Shown here: positions 1 to 13,500 of the stretch, one piece after another
Numbering within the stretch: the stretch's first letter is position 1
Layout of the letters: each line of letters starts with the position of its first letter
DNA from: Saccostrea echinata
Lineage: Eukaryota
Direction of reading: 5' to 3'
Assembly: GCF_033153115.1 (NCBI RefSeq)
Contig: NW_026889803.1
Location: 43,090,001 to 43,154,000, forward strand
DNA length: 64,000 nt
Translations under genes and position numbers: made by a program
The notes under the pieces: generated by a model
The model's database searches: none
What the model was told of the DNA's origin: nothing
What the model saw: only the letters and a program-made list of their open reading frames with translations

Positions 1-794
1 ATTTGTATTTCTTTAAAAAAAAAAAGAAGAAGGTATTTCTATATATTTTTTTTTTCCTTCAAAAGATATCGATGAAACGTTAAGTTAACCAATTTTATAT
101 TAAAATATAAAAATTATTTACAACGCGTAATGTTGATCCTGATTACCAAAGACAGACTTCCTGTGTATACAATGTGTATAGGGATTCCTGACATCTTGAG
201 TACTGGGGCTCTCCAGGTAAATAACACCAGTACAACGAAGACCACTCCCTCTACTCAAGTAACCGTGCGGTAAAAAAATTGGGTCTTTAAATCAAGATGA
301 CATCTAACACCTCTCACAATTTTATCCGAATGTTTGACAACTGTACTTGTGAAGGTAATGACACGAACAATATTCCGTACATTGACAATAGCATGGTTTT
401 CTCAGTTTATACGAGCACACAATTCATTTGTAATGAAGACACACAATGCTGAAAAGCAGTGAAAGTGGACACCACCCAAAGTCAACGCTCTTCAAAGATC
501 CAAGGAAGTGATTTAATTCTCGGGTGAGTTACCTTTGCTTGACTTCCACTCCATGCAAATCATGTATTTGCGCCAATCTTGAGATGGGAAAGAATTTTTA
601 CTTGTTTTAATTTTGTTTTAAAAAAGTAGTTTTTAGATCGTTAAGTGATTTTTTACAATATTTTTTAAACCTAATAATCACACTGATGCAAGCTTTTCCA
701 GAAAGTTTTAACCGTTTTCTTGTCTTATAACTATTAACCCTGAAATGCAAAATCAATATTTTAAATAACCTAAAAATAAATTATCACCATGACT

Positions 795-1495
795 ACGTTG
801 GTCCAACAATAGTAAATGCCGATGGTTGGTGTTGGGTAGACAACGTTGGGCCAACGATTGACCAACCTTTTCTGGAGTATCCGACCATGTTGGGATTCTG
901 GCCCAACATTGGTCCAACGTTAACCAACTCCCGTTTGCTATATTTTCTAAGGAAGTTTGGATAGTTGGCCCAACGTCTGTAAAGCATCCGTAACCAAACA
1001 TGTTTAGTTCAGCTGGTAGTGTGGTAACAGTATGTTGGCCCGACTTTGGCCCAGGGCTAGCATGTGTCTTTGTTGTTGAAGTGTTCTTAAGGACATACGC
1101 AACGTAGTTTGAACTTTACTGTCTTTTTCCCTGGAGTTGAAGAGTTCCAATTTCTAAAGGAACTGTGTGCTACATTTTAATGTCTATATATGCTGCTGTA
1201 CACTTCTTCTAAAACAAGTTTGGATAAATAAAACATCTAGAATATATGTTTAGTATTTTTTGTATATTTTTCTTTTAATTATACAAGAATCTTCATCAAC
1301 TGATATCTTTTCAAAACCCCTGGTGATACATGCTGACTTTTTGTCTACGAACATCTGATGGCACTTTAATCTTAAATTGAGAATATCTTGAAAAATTATC
1401 AGTAGGTAAGGTACGTTGCGTATGTCCTTAAACGTTGGGTAAGTCGTCTTCGAAGATGGGGGTGAGTACATTGGCCCAACGTTGGCCCAGTATAT
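795..1495. repeat. Repeat element rich in near-palindromic GTTGG(C/G/T)CCAAC motifs, interrupted by a MITE
   Basis: Recurrent gttggtccaac, gttgggccaac and ttggcccaacgttggccc at ~797-1050 and 1432-1490. Confidence 0.55.
1091..1427. mobile_element. Kolobok-like MITE (337 bp)
   Basis: Perfect 16-bp TIR GGACATACGCAACGTA, flanked by TTAA at 1087-1090 and 1428-1431. Confidence 0.75.
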
Positions 1496-2198
1496 AGTCA
1501 GGTAGTTGTACTGCAAAATGAATGATGATGTGCGTGTAAGCAGGGAACATTACGTTGCAAGATTCAACGTTGGTTCAGTGGTCCTGTGAGTTTGATTGCA
1601 TTAACTACCTTAACAGTGCTGGATTTACGATAAGATTCTGAGATATGAACACATTCTATGTCCATAATATGAGTCGACAGCTTCCTTCAAAACTCACTCG
1701 AACTTTGTCAATTAGCCGGAATATCATCAAGCCAGAAAAAGGTGATTCCTATGTATATATCCCAACTTTGTTTGCAGGGGGCGTAAAAATATATATCCGA
1801 GAACTGGTTTCCAGCTAGTTTGATAAAAAACGAAACGTTTGACTTAATGCGATATACTTATTGGCGAATCAGGACGATTCAAGAAAATGTTAATGGTTAT
1901 ATAACTTTATATACATGTAATATTTTTGAAGTAAACTAATAATTGATCCTGGACTGGTCGAAGAGAATTAAGAGGAGCTTATGTGATGGTACTGTTTCCG
2001 ACGTTCGTCTGTGTGTTAAAGTCTGCAAACAATTTTTAAATGCGTTACTCCTTCTACAGTCTTGGTTTTGTTTTCAACAAAATTTGTTACAAGTATAAAA
2101 AAACATCCGGATACATAATTCTGTAATAAAAAAAAAATTAATATCAAATCCATGTACATTTTTACCTCCCAATGTTATGAGTACAAACCAGTAGATTA

Positions 2199-2312
2199 CT
2201 ATCATGTTGTAAATTTTGAATTTACTAGGGGGAGGTAAATGCATAAAATACAACATGATATAAATTTTGCATTTACCTCCCCCTAGTAAATTCAAAATTT
2301 ACAACATGATAG
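2199..2312. repeat. 45-bp perfect inverted repeat with 24-nt spacer
   Basis: Arms 2199-2243 and 2268-2312 are exact reverse complements. Confidence 0.85.
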
Positions 2313-3574
2313 AACTACTGTCGTCTTCGAAACTGCTACAGTTTTATGAAATTAACTATAGAAATTGAATCCTTCTTTCAAAGGCTACCTTTTGGTTTTT
2401 CTATTGTGAAAAATACAATATAGTTATCTTAATTTATTTGGGGAAAGGAAACAAACTATATTTGGATATAATTCAGAGGTGAAATTTCGTTCAAGTTTCG
2501 GGCACATAGTATCGGGCGAGGGGGGGGGGGGACTTTTTTTTCGAAAATATTTTTTTACTGTTTATTTAGTATGAAGATATTCATTGAAGAGTACATGTAG
2601 GTTGCCCACCCCCACCCCTCTCCCACTTTTTGTTGCAGTAAAGTCAAATCGCCCCTTTCAATTTATTCAAAATTTTGCTTGTAGAAAACGTAAGATTGGA
2701 AGTAACAAATAGTCAGTCCCATAGTCTTGATAAACATTGAGAAAACTGACGCTTTCCAATCAGAAGATGAAATGCAAAGTATTCAGACTATGCACATATG
2801 AACGATTCGCATTGCCAAACGCAGATCATTAACACGTCGCCAATATAACGTGCTATTCTAAGTAATAAACAAGAAAAGTACAATGTAGATGATTGTTCAC
2901 AGCTTCTAGGAAGAAAACTCTCAGTTCATGCGAAGTTACAGAAAATATTCACAAGTAACTATCTCTTCTATTGATACGGCGTTCGACTGTCGAACTCTGA
3001 ACTTAGGAGTGAGACAAGATTTAACTTATTAAAACAAGTAGAAATTGAGTTAGAATTGATAATGGGTTAAAAAGTATTACAATGTACATCTATTCGAATT
3101 TCCAGGAACAGGGAAAAAATGTATTTTTAACCTCTAATGCAAAAGTCAATATAAATAATGATTTCAGATATGATAGGATGATATTCAATTTGCATCCTTA
3201 TAAAATAAATTTTCATTTGTTAACTGTATTGACGTTTTTAATTCACACCAAAGGCATTGAAACCTTTGTTAGTTTATAAACAATTTTTAGTATTTTCTAA
3301 ACGAAATGGTAACACAGCACATGTGAAAAATCAATTATGTAAATTGGCAGAATGCATTATTAACGCCGATTCCAAATGATTCTACAAGACATACTTGAAG
3401 TTCCAAACATGGGTTTTTTTTGTTTTCCGATTTGTATGTGAATCTAATTTTTTTGTGAAACGATTCCAAAGAAGCAGAGATATACTCTTAATCATTGTCT
3501 TAAATATTCATGTATTTTGTCATGCTTGAAATTTTACACTATAAAAATGGACTTTTGATAGTTTTGACATGGAT

Positions 3575-3676
3575 CAGTCTGATTAAAATCAAACCTTCAT
3601 TAAGTTCTTTTTATTTTGATTGTCGCGACAATCAAAATAAAAAGGAGCTAGTGAAGGTTTGATTTTAATCAGACTG
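3575..3676. mobile_element. Palindromic MITE-like element (102 bp)
   Basis: 51-bp arms CAGTCTGATTAAAATC...GATTTTAATCAGACTG centred on TCGCGA; imperfect 9-bp flanking repeat gacatggat/ggcgtggat. Confidence 0.6.
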
Positions 3677-6600
3677 GGCGTGGATGAATTTTCCAGCTAG
3701 TGCGAATTAGCTGGAAAATTCATCTTAGATAAATCGTCAAATCAAAATTTATCAGAAGTCAATTTCCAACATTTAATTGACCCGGAGTCGCAATTTTTCT
3801 CTTCTGATAATGCGTTGAAAAACCAACTTCAGTTCAAAACCCCGTAGCTTTGGGCTGTATTTTTCAACGGTCTTCAACGGCGGTTTAAAATGTTATTTTA
3901 CACCAGCCCCAAGCTGGCTTTTTATAGGACTCTAATCGGTTTTGGGCAAAACTGCAGAACAACATCCAGTATAGAGAATTGATGATGTCTGTCTGTCCTT
4001 CTGTCTGCGTCAACAATGTTGTCGAATGTTGAATTTAGCTTTGTTGTTTATGAGTTATGCAAAGTGTAATCGTGTTTTGAATACCACCAACGTAATTGTT
4101 CTTCGCCTTGATGAAGTTGCAAATAAAAAAAAAATCCGTGATGAGGATGATTTCGCTGACGAAGTTGCGGGGTATTTATGTTCTACATGTACATTTGTTT
4201 GACGGGCTTATGGTTGGGAACAGTTTCCTGTTAGTTTCAGAATGATAACTCGTGACTGCATTGCTCTGTTTGTTCATACTTTATGAACAGGGAGGAAGAC
4301 TCCAATTGTTTTTAAGTTAATATTCCAGGGCACTATATACTTTATGAAAAACTCGGTTTGATTTTTAGCCGGGCTTGTTGTCAGTGTGCTGCAACCGAAT
4401 GCTGACTGAACAGTTGCCAAATGAAAGAACAGAAAGAACAACATTGTCGGATACCCTCGGGTGATCTGGACTTAAAAGACGAGACCACCCGTGGGTATCC
4501 GACGATGAAAGAACAAGAGCCACGAATTGAAAAAAAAGTCCAAGATACCCCCCCCCCCCCCCCCCCAAATAAAGGTGCAAAATACAAGCATTTTACGATA
4601 GCATTTATTATATAATTTTGTAATAAGACATTTTCATATTTTTATTTTATTAGAAAACGTCACATAGTTTGTGTTACGTCGATGTTATGTCCCTTAGTTT
4701 TTTTTTCATCTTATTAAAATCATTTTTACCATATACTTGGCCTTTTCTATGACCTTAATCTCACATTTCTTGATGTGCGATTCAAATGCACCTCAATCAT
4801 ATCTGTGAGTTAATGTCTTTTGGACATATACAATGTATTTTCTTGTTTCAAGTTTTCAACTTTCTCTTTAATTCCTATATATAACCAATTCAAACAGTTC
4901 AATGTATCCAAGTCATTTTATACTCGAACTATATTCCTTGATTTTGCTTCCCTCATCGCAAAGTGTAAGAAAAAGGAATGAAACGTAATAACAAAGTGGT
5001 TTTCTGATGAAGCCCATTAGTGAATAAGGAAAATGGATAATTTCTAGTTTATGCAAGAAAGATAAAAGTGAGTAATTTTATTTCGCGAGTGATGCTTCTC
5101 GCAAGTGTTTTGGAATCAACATTAGCTGTGATCAAGTAACTTCTAATGAAACATTCACTTGGTGTGCAAGTGGCTTAAACTGGGAAGATCGGTGGTTGAC
5201 TTTTCGCATCTTTGGAAGTTCCCTTTCTATATCCCCCCCCCTTTTTTGAAATATTTGCATACCGTATACTGGAGATGAACTGGCAAGTCCATAAATAAAC
5301 TTAGCAAAATGAAAAAATGGTCAAGCATTCACCTTAATGGCAATCAGAGTTAGTGATCTTTTTATTTCCACACTTTTAGTTTTTACACAAGATGTATTTA
5401 CAAAACAAGAGACATTATGGACTTAAAGGTCGCCAGAGTAAATGCAGCATTTTGAAGACGATTTGTTATCAAAATTACATTCAGTACATTAAAGGACTTG
5501 AACCTATAAAATATTCTAGTCCCCCTGTCCTAACTTTGTCTCCTTTATGATTGCTAGTAATGAAGATGATTTTTGAAGACGAACTGGATTTTGACTATAT
5601 ATAATAACGTATCTTATTTAGCCCCGAACTGAGGCCAGAATCCCCCGATGGCTGGGACATAAAAGTTGAGGGACCTTTGCTTGTTAGAGATCCTGATGAT
5701 AATTTCTAATTTGTCATAAACATGATATCGTTAACAGTTAAAAAAAAAAAGATGGACTTACATGTATGATACCAGTAAAGGCAGGCTAAAGGAGTTTACT
5801 GAAAATTAACTTTATAAGCAGAATGCAAAACGACATTCGACAGGTTAATTATAGAGCTGCGCTCATCCTAACAGTTTCACCGTCGATAATAATAATAAAG
5901 AACAGGGTTCACTTAGGGCCTTTTTTGGCCCTGTGAATTTCAGAAAAACTGAAACTGCTTGGTTTTAATTGACAATGCATTAAATATCATTTAGACCTTT
6001 GGTGACTGCGTATCTATCAAAAATGACGTAATTTTCTGGCTAGTCAATGCATTATCACGTCATGAAATGTGTCATTTTCCTCATATCCTGAAAAATTCTA
6101 CAAAAACAGCCAATATTTAAAGCTATTTTTCGATATCTAATATAGAGCGCAACTTCTGATCTAAAATATGCAACTATTAAATGATAGAACTATTTCTGAG
6201 AATTACAAAACATGTTTTATTTTTTAGATCAGAGGGTGCGCTCATATTATTTCTCTTCTGTGAAAGTACTCAAATATACTTGTTTTCCTTAAAATTCAAG
6301 AACATTGCAATTCCATGAAGCCTGTTTTCCAAGATCTTGGCTTTAAGAAGAAAATTTTGAATAGGAAATGAAAGCACTAAGTCTCTACTTTAACTTGATG
6401 TTTAAAATGGAACATAAAGTGTTAGTCAATAAATTGGTATATCTACAGGGCCATTTTATGCTTAAAACGAACCTAGCTCTTTAACCTAACTTTGGTGACT
6501 GTTTCCTGACATTTATCTAAAAAAAAAAAAAAGTAAAGCAAAATTAAGATGTTAAATAATGTTATTATTAGTAATTCTTGGGCAAACAATGTTTAATTAA

Positions 6601-6927
6601 TTAGGTATGTAATATTGAATATCGATCGGTGAGTTTTTTTTTTTTTTTTTTAATACAATATTTTCGGACTGATGTTATTTGATCGGGATCGGGATCTATT
6701 AACCAGCGAAGTTGTTTGCCTGCAAATCTTCATCTTGTAAGTTATTTGCTTTCTAACTAAGTAACAAAATTTCAAATTAAGTTAAAACAACGATAAATTT
6801 TATGACATATCTTTCATATTACCTATCAAATTGAATCATAAATATTCAACATATATTCAATGCACACTACAATAAAGTATATCCCCTACTACCCAAACTC
6901 ATCATAGCGGTAGCTGCAGAACTGTTA

Positions 6928-7018
6928 CAGGCCCGTAGGAAGCAATTTGGGGGGGGGGGGGGCACAGCCATACATTTTCAGTTGGAGGAGCAATATCAAC
7001 TACCAAAAATTCTTGACA

Positions 7019-7064
<46 letters not shown>

Positions 7065-7185
7065 TCATCAGACGTTTTTATTGAGGGGGCACAAGCATAT
7101 GGTAGCTATGTTTTCTATAGTAATCTATATATCGGCAAAATTATTGGGGGGGGGGGGGCACGGCCCCCCGGTTCCTACGGCCATG
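6928..7185. mobile_element. MITE with 5-bp TSD, internal poly-G and poly-A tracts
   Basis: Imperfect TIR CAGGCCCGTAGGAAGC / GGTTCCTACGGCCATG; TGTTA on both sides (6923-6927, 7186-7190). Confidence 0.65.
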
Positions 7186-7325
7186 TGTTATTTTAGTCTT
7201 TGACCATAACGCTACAGTTCCCGTAATGCAAATAAGGTGCAATTTACGGCGCAAGATTTTCTGCGCAAAGTTTGGGAGAATTTCTCCACTTTTCAGCATT
7301 GGTCAATCAATTACCTTTTACTCCC

Positions 7326-7657
7326 GGCAAGCGGTAAATCTAATCTTCCCGACTCCCGACGGTCACGGATTTTGGTTTTTTGGCGATTTCTGTTTTATTG
7401 GTGCACAGAAATTCTTCAAACTTTCTAGGCACCTTTTCTAAGTTTAAATGAATTCATTAATACATAAAAACCTTAATAAATTTACGTATTTAATACTGAA
7501 TGAGCAGTATCACCTGCCAAAAAGCGGTAAATCTAGTACTCTGTTAGGTACCTGAAAAGTTTGAAGAATTTCTGTGCAACGATAAAAAAGAAATCGCCAA
7601 AAAAAAACCAAAATCCGGGACCGTCGGGAGTCGGGAAGACTAGCTTTACCGCTTGCC
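7326..7657. mobile_element. Mutator-like (MULE) MITE
   Basis: ~105-bp TIRs starting GGCAAGCGGTAAA; perfect 9-bp TSD TTTACTCCC (7317-7325, 7658-7666). Confidence 0.85.
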
Positions 7658-8725
7658 TTTACTCCCTATGATTACCCTCCCTATTATAGACATAATTTTT
7701 AACCAACCTGTAAATTCTAGACATATTTTTGGCCATGACCCCACCTCCCTAAGGATCTTGAGACCAGATGGGGCACTAATACACTATAGAGGATATTTTA
7801 AAATTTTGCTTGATATTGGCTCAGTACTTTCAAAGAAACTGAAAATGTTCAAAAGTAAACAGATGACAATATTGATACGATAGGTCGGATTCAGAGTGAC
7901 TCGAGTGACCTAATTACTACCCATTGACCACAACTTTCTTTTGCCATTTAAAAATTGAAAATCAAAACTTGATGTAAACAGTATTTTCAGAATGACAGGT
8001 TTCCATTTGATTAAATGAATATTTGATGAAAAATCATTATTTTTTATTTCTTTTTTTATCCCCCGACATGCGAAACCCTGATTATTTAAAAATGCAAAAA
8101 GACAGTTATACTTCAAGACACACACACCCTCAAACATATATATCCCTCAGTTTATTTTTTCTTTAATGACGATAATAATAAAAAAAATATGACTAATAAA
8201 CCTTTTTTTTTTTAAAAAAAAAGAAAAAGAAAAAAAAGAAGCCTCTATTGTAAAAGAATTTTTATGCTATTTGCCCATGAGACCAGCTTTAAAAAATTCT
8301 TTGTTTGCCCTCTCCTGACTGACTGGCTAAAATTGGCCCAACTCAGAACTTCAAACGTTTTTTTCCCCTTTTCATTCCTGAATTTTATCATCTCACCAAC
8401 AAATATGTTAAAGATTTTCTGGAGAAAAAAAAAAATTTCCACCTACATGTATCTAAATACCAACCCAATTTTTTATCCTGAGTCGGGAAAGGGCAAACAA
8501 ACATTATTTTGAAGATGGCCTGGTAAATTAGGCAAAATAAGTTGTTAAACTATTCACTGGCAGCATTTGATTTCCCTTTTCATCCTGGAACTTTCCTGGT
8601 TTTATCTGTATTGTGAAGTGACACAAGTAAAGTCTGCTCTGTTAATGAAATAGATATTGACTGGACAATAGCAAAATTATTGCCCCCCTGGACAGCAAGT
8701 ATTTCCAATATATTTCCAAGTATTT

Positions 8726-8727
<2 letters not shown>

Positions 8728-8783
<56 letters not shown>
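8728..8783. repeat. (TA)n microsatellite
   Basis: About 28 uninterrupted TA units. Confidence 0.95.
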
Positions 8784-8785
<2 letters not shown>

Positions 8786-8806
8786 GATAAATGGAGTTGA
8801 CATATA

Positions 8807-8965
8807 CAGTAAAACTCGTTTAGTACGAACACGGATATTTTGAATCCACGGATGAAGTGAACTTTTCTTGGATCCCCAACTATATAAATTTAACGATTTC
8901 CTTATACGGATATAGCAAAGTAATTTCACAGGTCCCAGTGACTTCGTTATAACCGAGTTTTACTG
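8807..8965. mobile_element. pogo/Tigger-like MITE
   Basis: TIR CAGTAAAACTCG...CGAGTTTTACTG flanked by TA. Confidence 0.75.
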
Positions 8966-9395
8966 TAGATATATTCCCAACCTTACCCCCACCATACACA
9001 CATTGAAATAATTTATTGCTACCTAAAAGTTAAATCTTCCTGACTGGTTTTTGTATTCATTTCTTTGTTAATTTTTATAATTGATAATATTCAAGACTTT
9101 CATACTTTCCTACATTTTATATTGCATGCATCTCAACATGAAATAAAGTAAGCATTTATTAAACAATACATATAAAGACAAAGTGTGTATTCTGTTTTTC
9201 TACCTGGGAACAAAATAATCACAAGCATCTGTGGCCTTTATTTTTTCTCTTTTTTTCTTTTGTAGGAACATGTTTTTATTTTACAATGAAAAATAAATGA
9301 TAGATGGAAATTTCTCCTACCCTATTAAGTTTTGATAAGGAAGAGCATGAGAAAAATATTTTCATCATATTAGATCTCATAACATATTATAATAT

Positions 9396-9635
9396 GAATC
9401 TTCCTTTGAAAATATTTGCTATGCAATTTGACAAATTACCCCACCTGAATTAATTAACTTCTACACATAATCAACTGGTTAACTAACTGAGCTGTAAAAT
9501 CATGCAAAAGAAGGAATCTCCCTTTGAAAATATTTGCTATGCAATTTGACAAATGACCCCACCTGAATTAATTAACTTCTACACATAATCAACTGGTTAA
9601 CTAACTGAGCTGTAAAATCATGCAAAAGAAGGAAT
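9396..9635. repeat. Near-perfect 118-bp tandem duplication, probably in the AMFR 3' UTR
   Basis: Two copies starting at 9396 and 9514, very few mismatches, GAAT microhomology at the junctions. Confidence 0.9.
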
Positions 9636-10595
9636 ATTTGTTCCCTGTTTGATTAAATCAATATTATAATTGCTAAATTGTACATTAAACTGTGGCTGCC
9701 CCCCCTAAACATGAGAAATTCAAGATAAAATTTTAGTATTATTCATGATTCTCAAATATCAGAAAGAAATGGTCTTATCAGATAATTCTGCAAGTTAAAT
9801 TCTGGCTTATCAACACAAGAATAATTCAATATGATAACACATGGTCAAAAAAAAAAAAAAAAAAATCTGAACAACCTAGAAACATGGACAAAATTAGTGT
9901 ATGGTTTTATAACACTTTTCACAGTTTATCACTTTGGCAAATCAAAGTACATAAAAAAAAAAATTATAGTAGACACCCATGAAGTATTCAGATTTGTTTT
10001 TTAACAATGGCCATTCTTTGCTTTATATATCTGACTAAATTACTATAATAAATAATTCCTCAAAACAATATAATAGAAAATGATGTAAGATTTCATGAAT
10101 CATGTGTGGCATGTAAAAAGCATTTCATTATTGGAATGACTTGTAGATACAAGAGATAGCTAGTGCATATAAATACAAAATAATTCAGTAAGGATTGTTC
10201 ATTCCAATGTACCATAAAACTTGGAGAACACAAAAATACTATACTTACAAAAATCAATATGCCTTTCAAAAGTACGGATCAATGTAGTTCATGCAATTAC
10301 AATATCTACATTAAAAGTAGTTTTAAATTCCTATATTTGATACTCACCTTTCAAAAGCATTAAACCGAGTACAAAGTTCAATATTCCCAAAACCTTTATC
10401 TGATTTCAGGGGCACAGTCATTAAAAAATAATAAATTAATATTTGAAATAAAAACTGAAAGTAGATGCTTCCAGTGATTTCAAAATAGAGACTTTAAAGC
10501 ATTAAATCTGTTATTTTCAGTACAAAATATATTTTTAATCCCTCTAACTTTGCATTGACAAGATATACATCACAACACTGAGGTCTTCATTACAG

Positions 10596-13500
10596 TTACG
10601 AGCTGTTAAACCGCCGCTGAGCTGCTTGAAATGCGAGTTCTCGTCGCTGCTGTAACTCAGACTGACCTGTTGTACTGTTCTCTGGTGACTCACTTATTTG
10701 ACTAATTTGAGATGCTGCCTCCTTCTCTGAACTTGTTTGTCGACTTAAATATTTCCTATAAAAACAAAAATGCTAGATGAAAACTTGTATTTTTAAAGCA
10801 CTGTCTTATTTGAAGACAAAATGGCAGAAATTTCCCCATGATGTTTTCGCTTTTCATGTCCAAAGATGGTATTCATAAAACCTGAGATTTCTTATAAATG
10901 AAAAGAAATGTTATTTAATACTAAAGTTCATTTATTATACAGTCAAACTTTCTGTATCATATCTTGAAGTGGAATGTACAGAGGAAAAAAAACATCAAGA
11001 TATGAGGGTTCAAGATATTGAAGGTAAAATTCTTTGGGGAAAAAAAAGTGGTTGGGACTTCCAGCTCTCTTCAACATAATCATAGTAATTAAGATATCAT
11101 CTTTGAAATAATAAGGTTTACTGTGTAATGTATTAGAAATTAAATTTTGACCAATCTTTTTTTGTGTAAGGCAACAAGGTATGGAATCGTTTTCAAGTAC
11201 ATGTAGTTTAATTATATTTTTTATAAAGAGTAGTTGATCCCATTGACGCTGTTCTAGGAGCATACTTGTGAAGTTTGTGTCTTATGGTATGATGTACAAT
11301 GCAAATATAATCTTTACCAATGGTCAGTGACTATTCTGTATATTGACATCCGTCCTGGACAGCTTACATAATCTTTAATCTGATTATCATGTTTATCTTG
11401 TCTTACAGAAAAGTCTTACACTTTTATATCCTGGTTGGATTGAAGGTCAATGCACCATATAATGAGTATGTTGTAATTAATTTATTATCTATACTTTTTT
11501 GACTAAAATATTTGTCTCAACCCTTATAGGATTACATTTGCCTTAACTTTAATTCTTAAATTCTTGATTGGGATAGATTCAAACTGAATTTGTGTTCTCA
11601 GTGATCTTCAGTTGAAAAGAAGATTTTGAAAGATTTTCCCTGTCTATTACTACAGGGATGGGTATTGCCAGAAATTTTGTATCATGGTTTATCACAATTT
11701 TTTTCCAAAAATATCATGATATTTTTACACATACTTTTAACTATGATTTTGAATGAATTTCTTCGATTTCTAACAAATACATGTGAAAACATAACTTCAC
11801 TTTTTTCAATTTTTTTTATTTAATAAAGCATGTTTGGATGCCATTGTTTTATTGTTTTTTAAACAATTCCTGTAATTGTAATTCAAGAGTTTGACCAAAT
11901 ATTTATTTCCAAATTTATAATTATTTACTGAATACATGTACTGGTATTTTAGTCTCTGTATCATGATAAGTATCGCACAATTAAAAATCATGATATACTG
12001 GTATACTGATAAAATGGCACCGTTCCTATTACAGATAGAGGCTAAAAGGCCTTGACAGTCACCTGAGTATCATGAGTTTCTCAGGCTTATATTCTTCATT
12101 CTACTTGAAACTGGACCTCTGATGTGACAAAAACAGTTACATTAGAATCAGTTAGGTAGGACCCTACTATCATTGTTTGTATATTTGTGCAGCATTTATT
12201 CCTGGCAGTTCAGGAATAAAAAAGATAAGGTTCATTGTATTTATAATAAATTTTAATAGTATGCCCTGGCCGGGCCTGATCCATGGAATTGAATTTTTGA
12301 AGAGGGCTAGCTGCTTAGTATAATAATGTGAATTTTGTTTCAAAAAGAAATTTTTCAAAAATTTAATGCACCTTGGGCCTAAACTCTGACCTATGGGACA
12401 TGAATTTCACAATCTGGGAAAGGCATCAGCTTTTTTTTCATCAGAAAAGCTCAATTGAGCTTTTGGCTCTGATGAGCTAAAAAATACTGGCACCTATATG
12501 TAATTTGTATATTTTACCGGTAATATGGATTCACTTACTTTCTAGCATTCTGTAACATTTGTTCTTTTCTACTCTGTAGCATTGTTTCTCTCTCTGAGGC
12601 AGACTTTGAAAATCTTCCACCCCTGGTAAAATGAGTTTCATCACTAAAAAAAAGAATATTTATGATGATTTCATCCCTGATCAACAGAATACTGCAGTGT
12701 ATGTTTAAATATATATCACTTGAAATGACCAACGATGTAAACAAATTGTTTCTCCATATTAAAAAAGTTCTAGACTGGACACAAATTCAAATTTTAAACG
12801 TCTTCCAATGACCTTGAACTTACTCAAATGACTGTGTAAAGGTCATTAATTACCCATCAGATCTGTCAAGTATGAGTTTCTGATGTTTCTCAATTTGATA
12901 CAGTAAAAAGTTATGACCTGGACAAGATTGCGCAGACAGAAAGATGGAAAAAGGGACAAGTTGATTCATATATCATTCCTAAATCCTAAAACTTTGAAGG
13001 GGATTCAATTATAAATTTTCAAAGTTAAAGGGCAATAACTTTCAAAAAATAAGAAATTGACATGTAACTCAAACTGAATCTTAAGTCAGTAACATACGAA
13101 AGATCACCAAACATTTGTGACCCCTTATTTTCCAGGGAATGTTGTTTGGTATCAATAAGCCAGACAAAATTTTCATGAATTTTGGTTATTTGTGTATATA
13201 ATATTTAATGATACAAAAATATGCGAGAATGAAATTTTCATGCGCAGACAGCCTGGCTGAATGTTTAAAAAATTTTCAAAGTTTAAGAGCTACAACTTTT
13301 GTAGAAATGTGTCAATCAACTTGCAACTCTATCTTGATTTGCAAGTCATAAATTTGAAAAAAAAAAAAATAAAAAAAATCAGCTTATAACCTACAAGCAC
13401 AGCCCCCCTCCCCCCAAAAAAACTTGTGATGGTATGACATCACGAAAGAAAGAAAGGGATAACATCTTATGACATGGACATAATTAAAAAGAATGCTTAG

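Noticed and set aside
182-530. Protein-like stretches after an acceptor-like tgtgtatag (e.g. MFDNCTCEGNDTNNIPYIDNSMVFSVY...)
   Set aside because: Interrupted by stops, no recognisable domain and no upstream context in the window; cannot tell a terminal exon from decayed sequence.
5906-6475. Possible TIR element, with a similar-looking one at ~20552-21102
   Set aside because: TIRs are too degenerate and no TSD could be read; probably old MITEs, but boundaries are unsupported.
6982-7203. Poly-Lys ORF
   Set aside because: Translation of a poly-A tract inside a MITE.
8642-8929. ORF with (YI)n repeat
   Set aside because: Translation of the (TA)n microsatellite.
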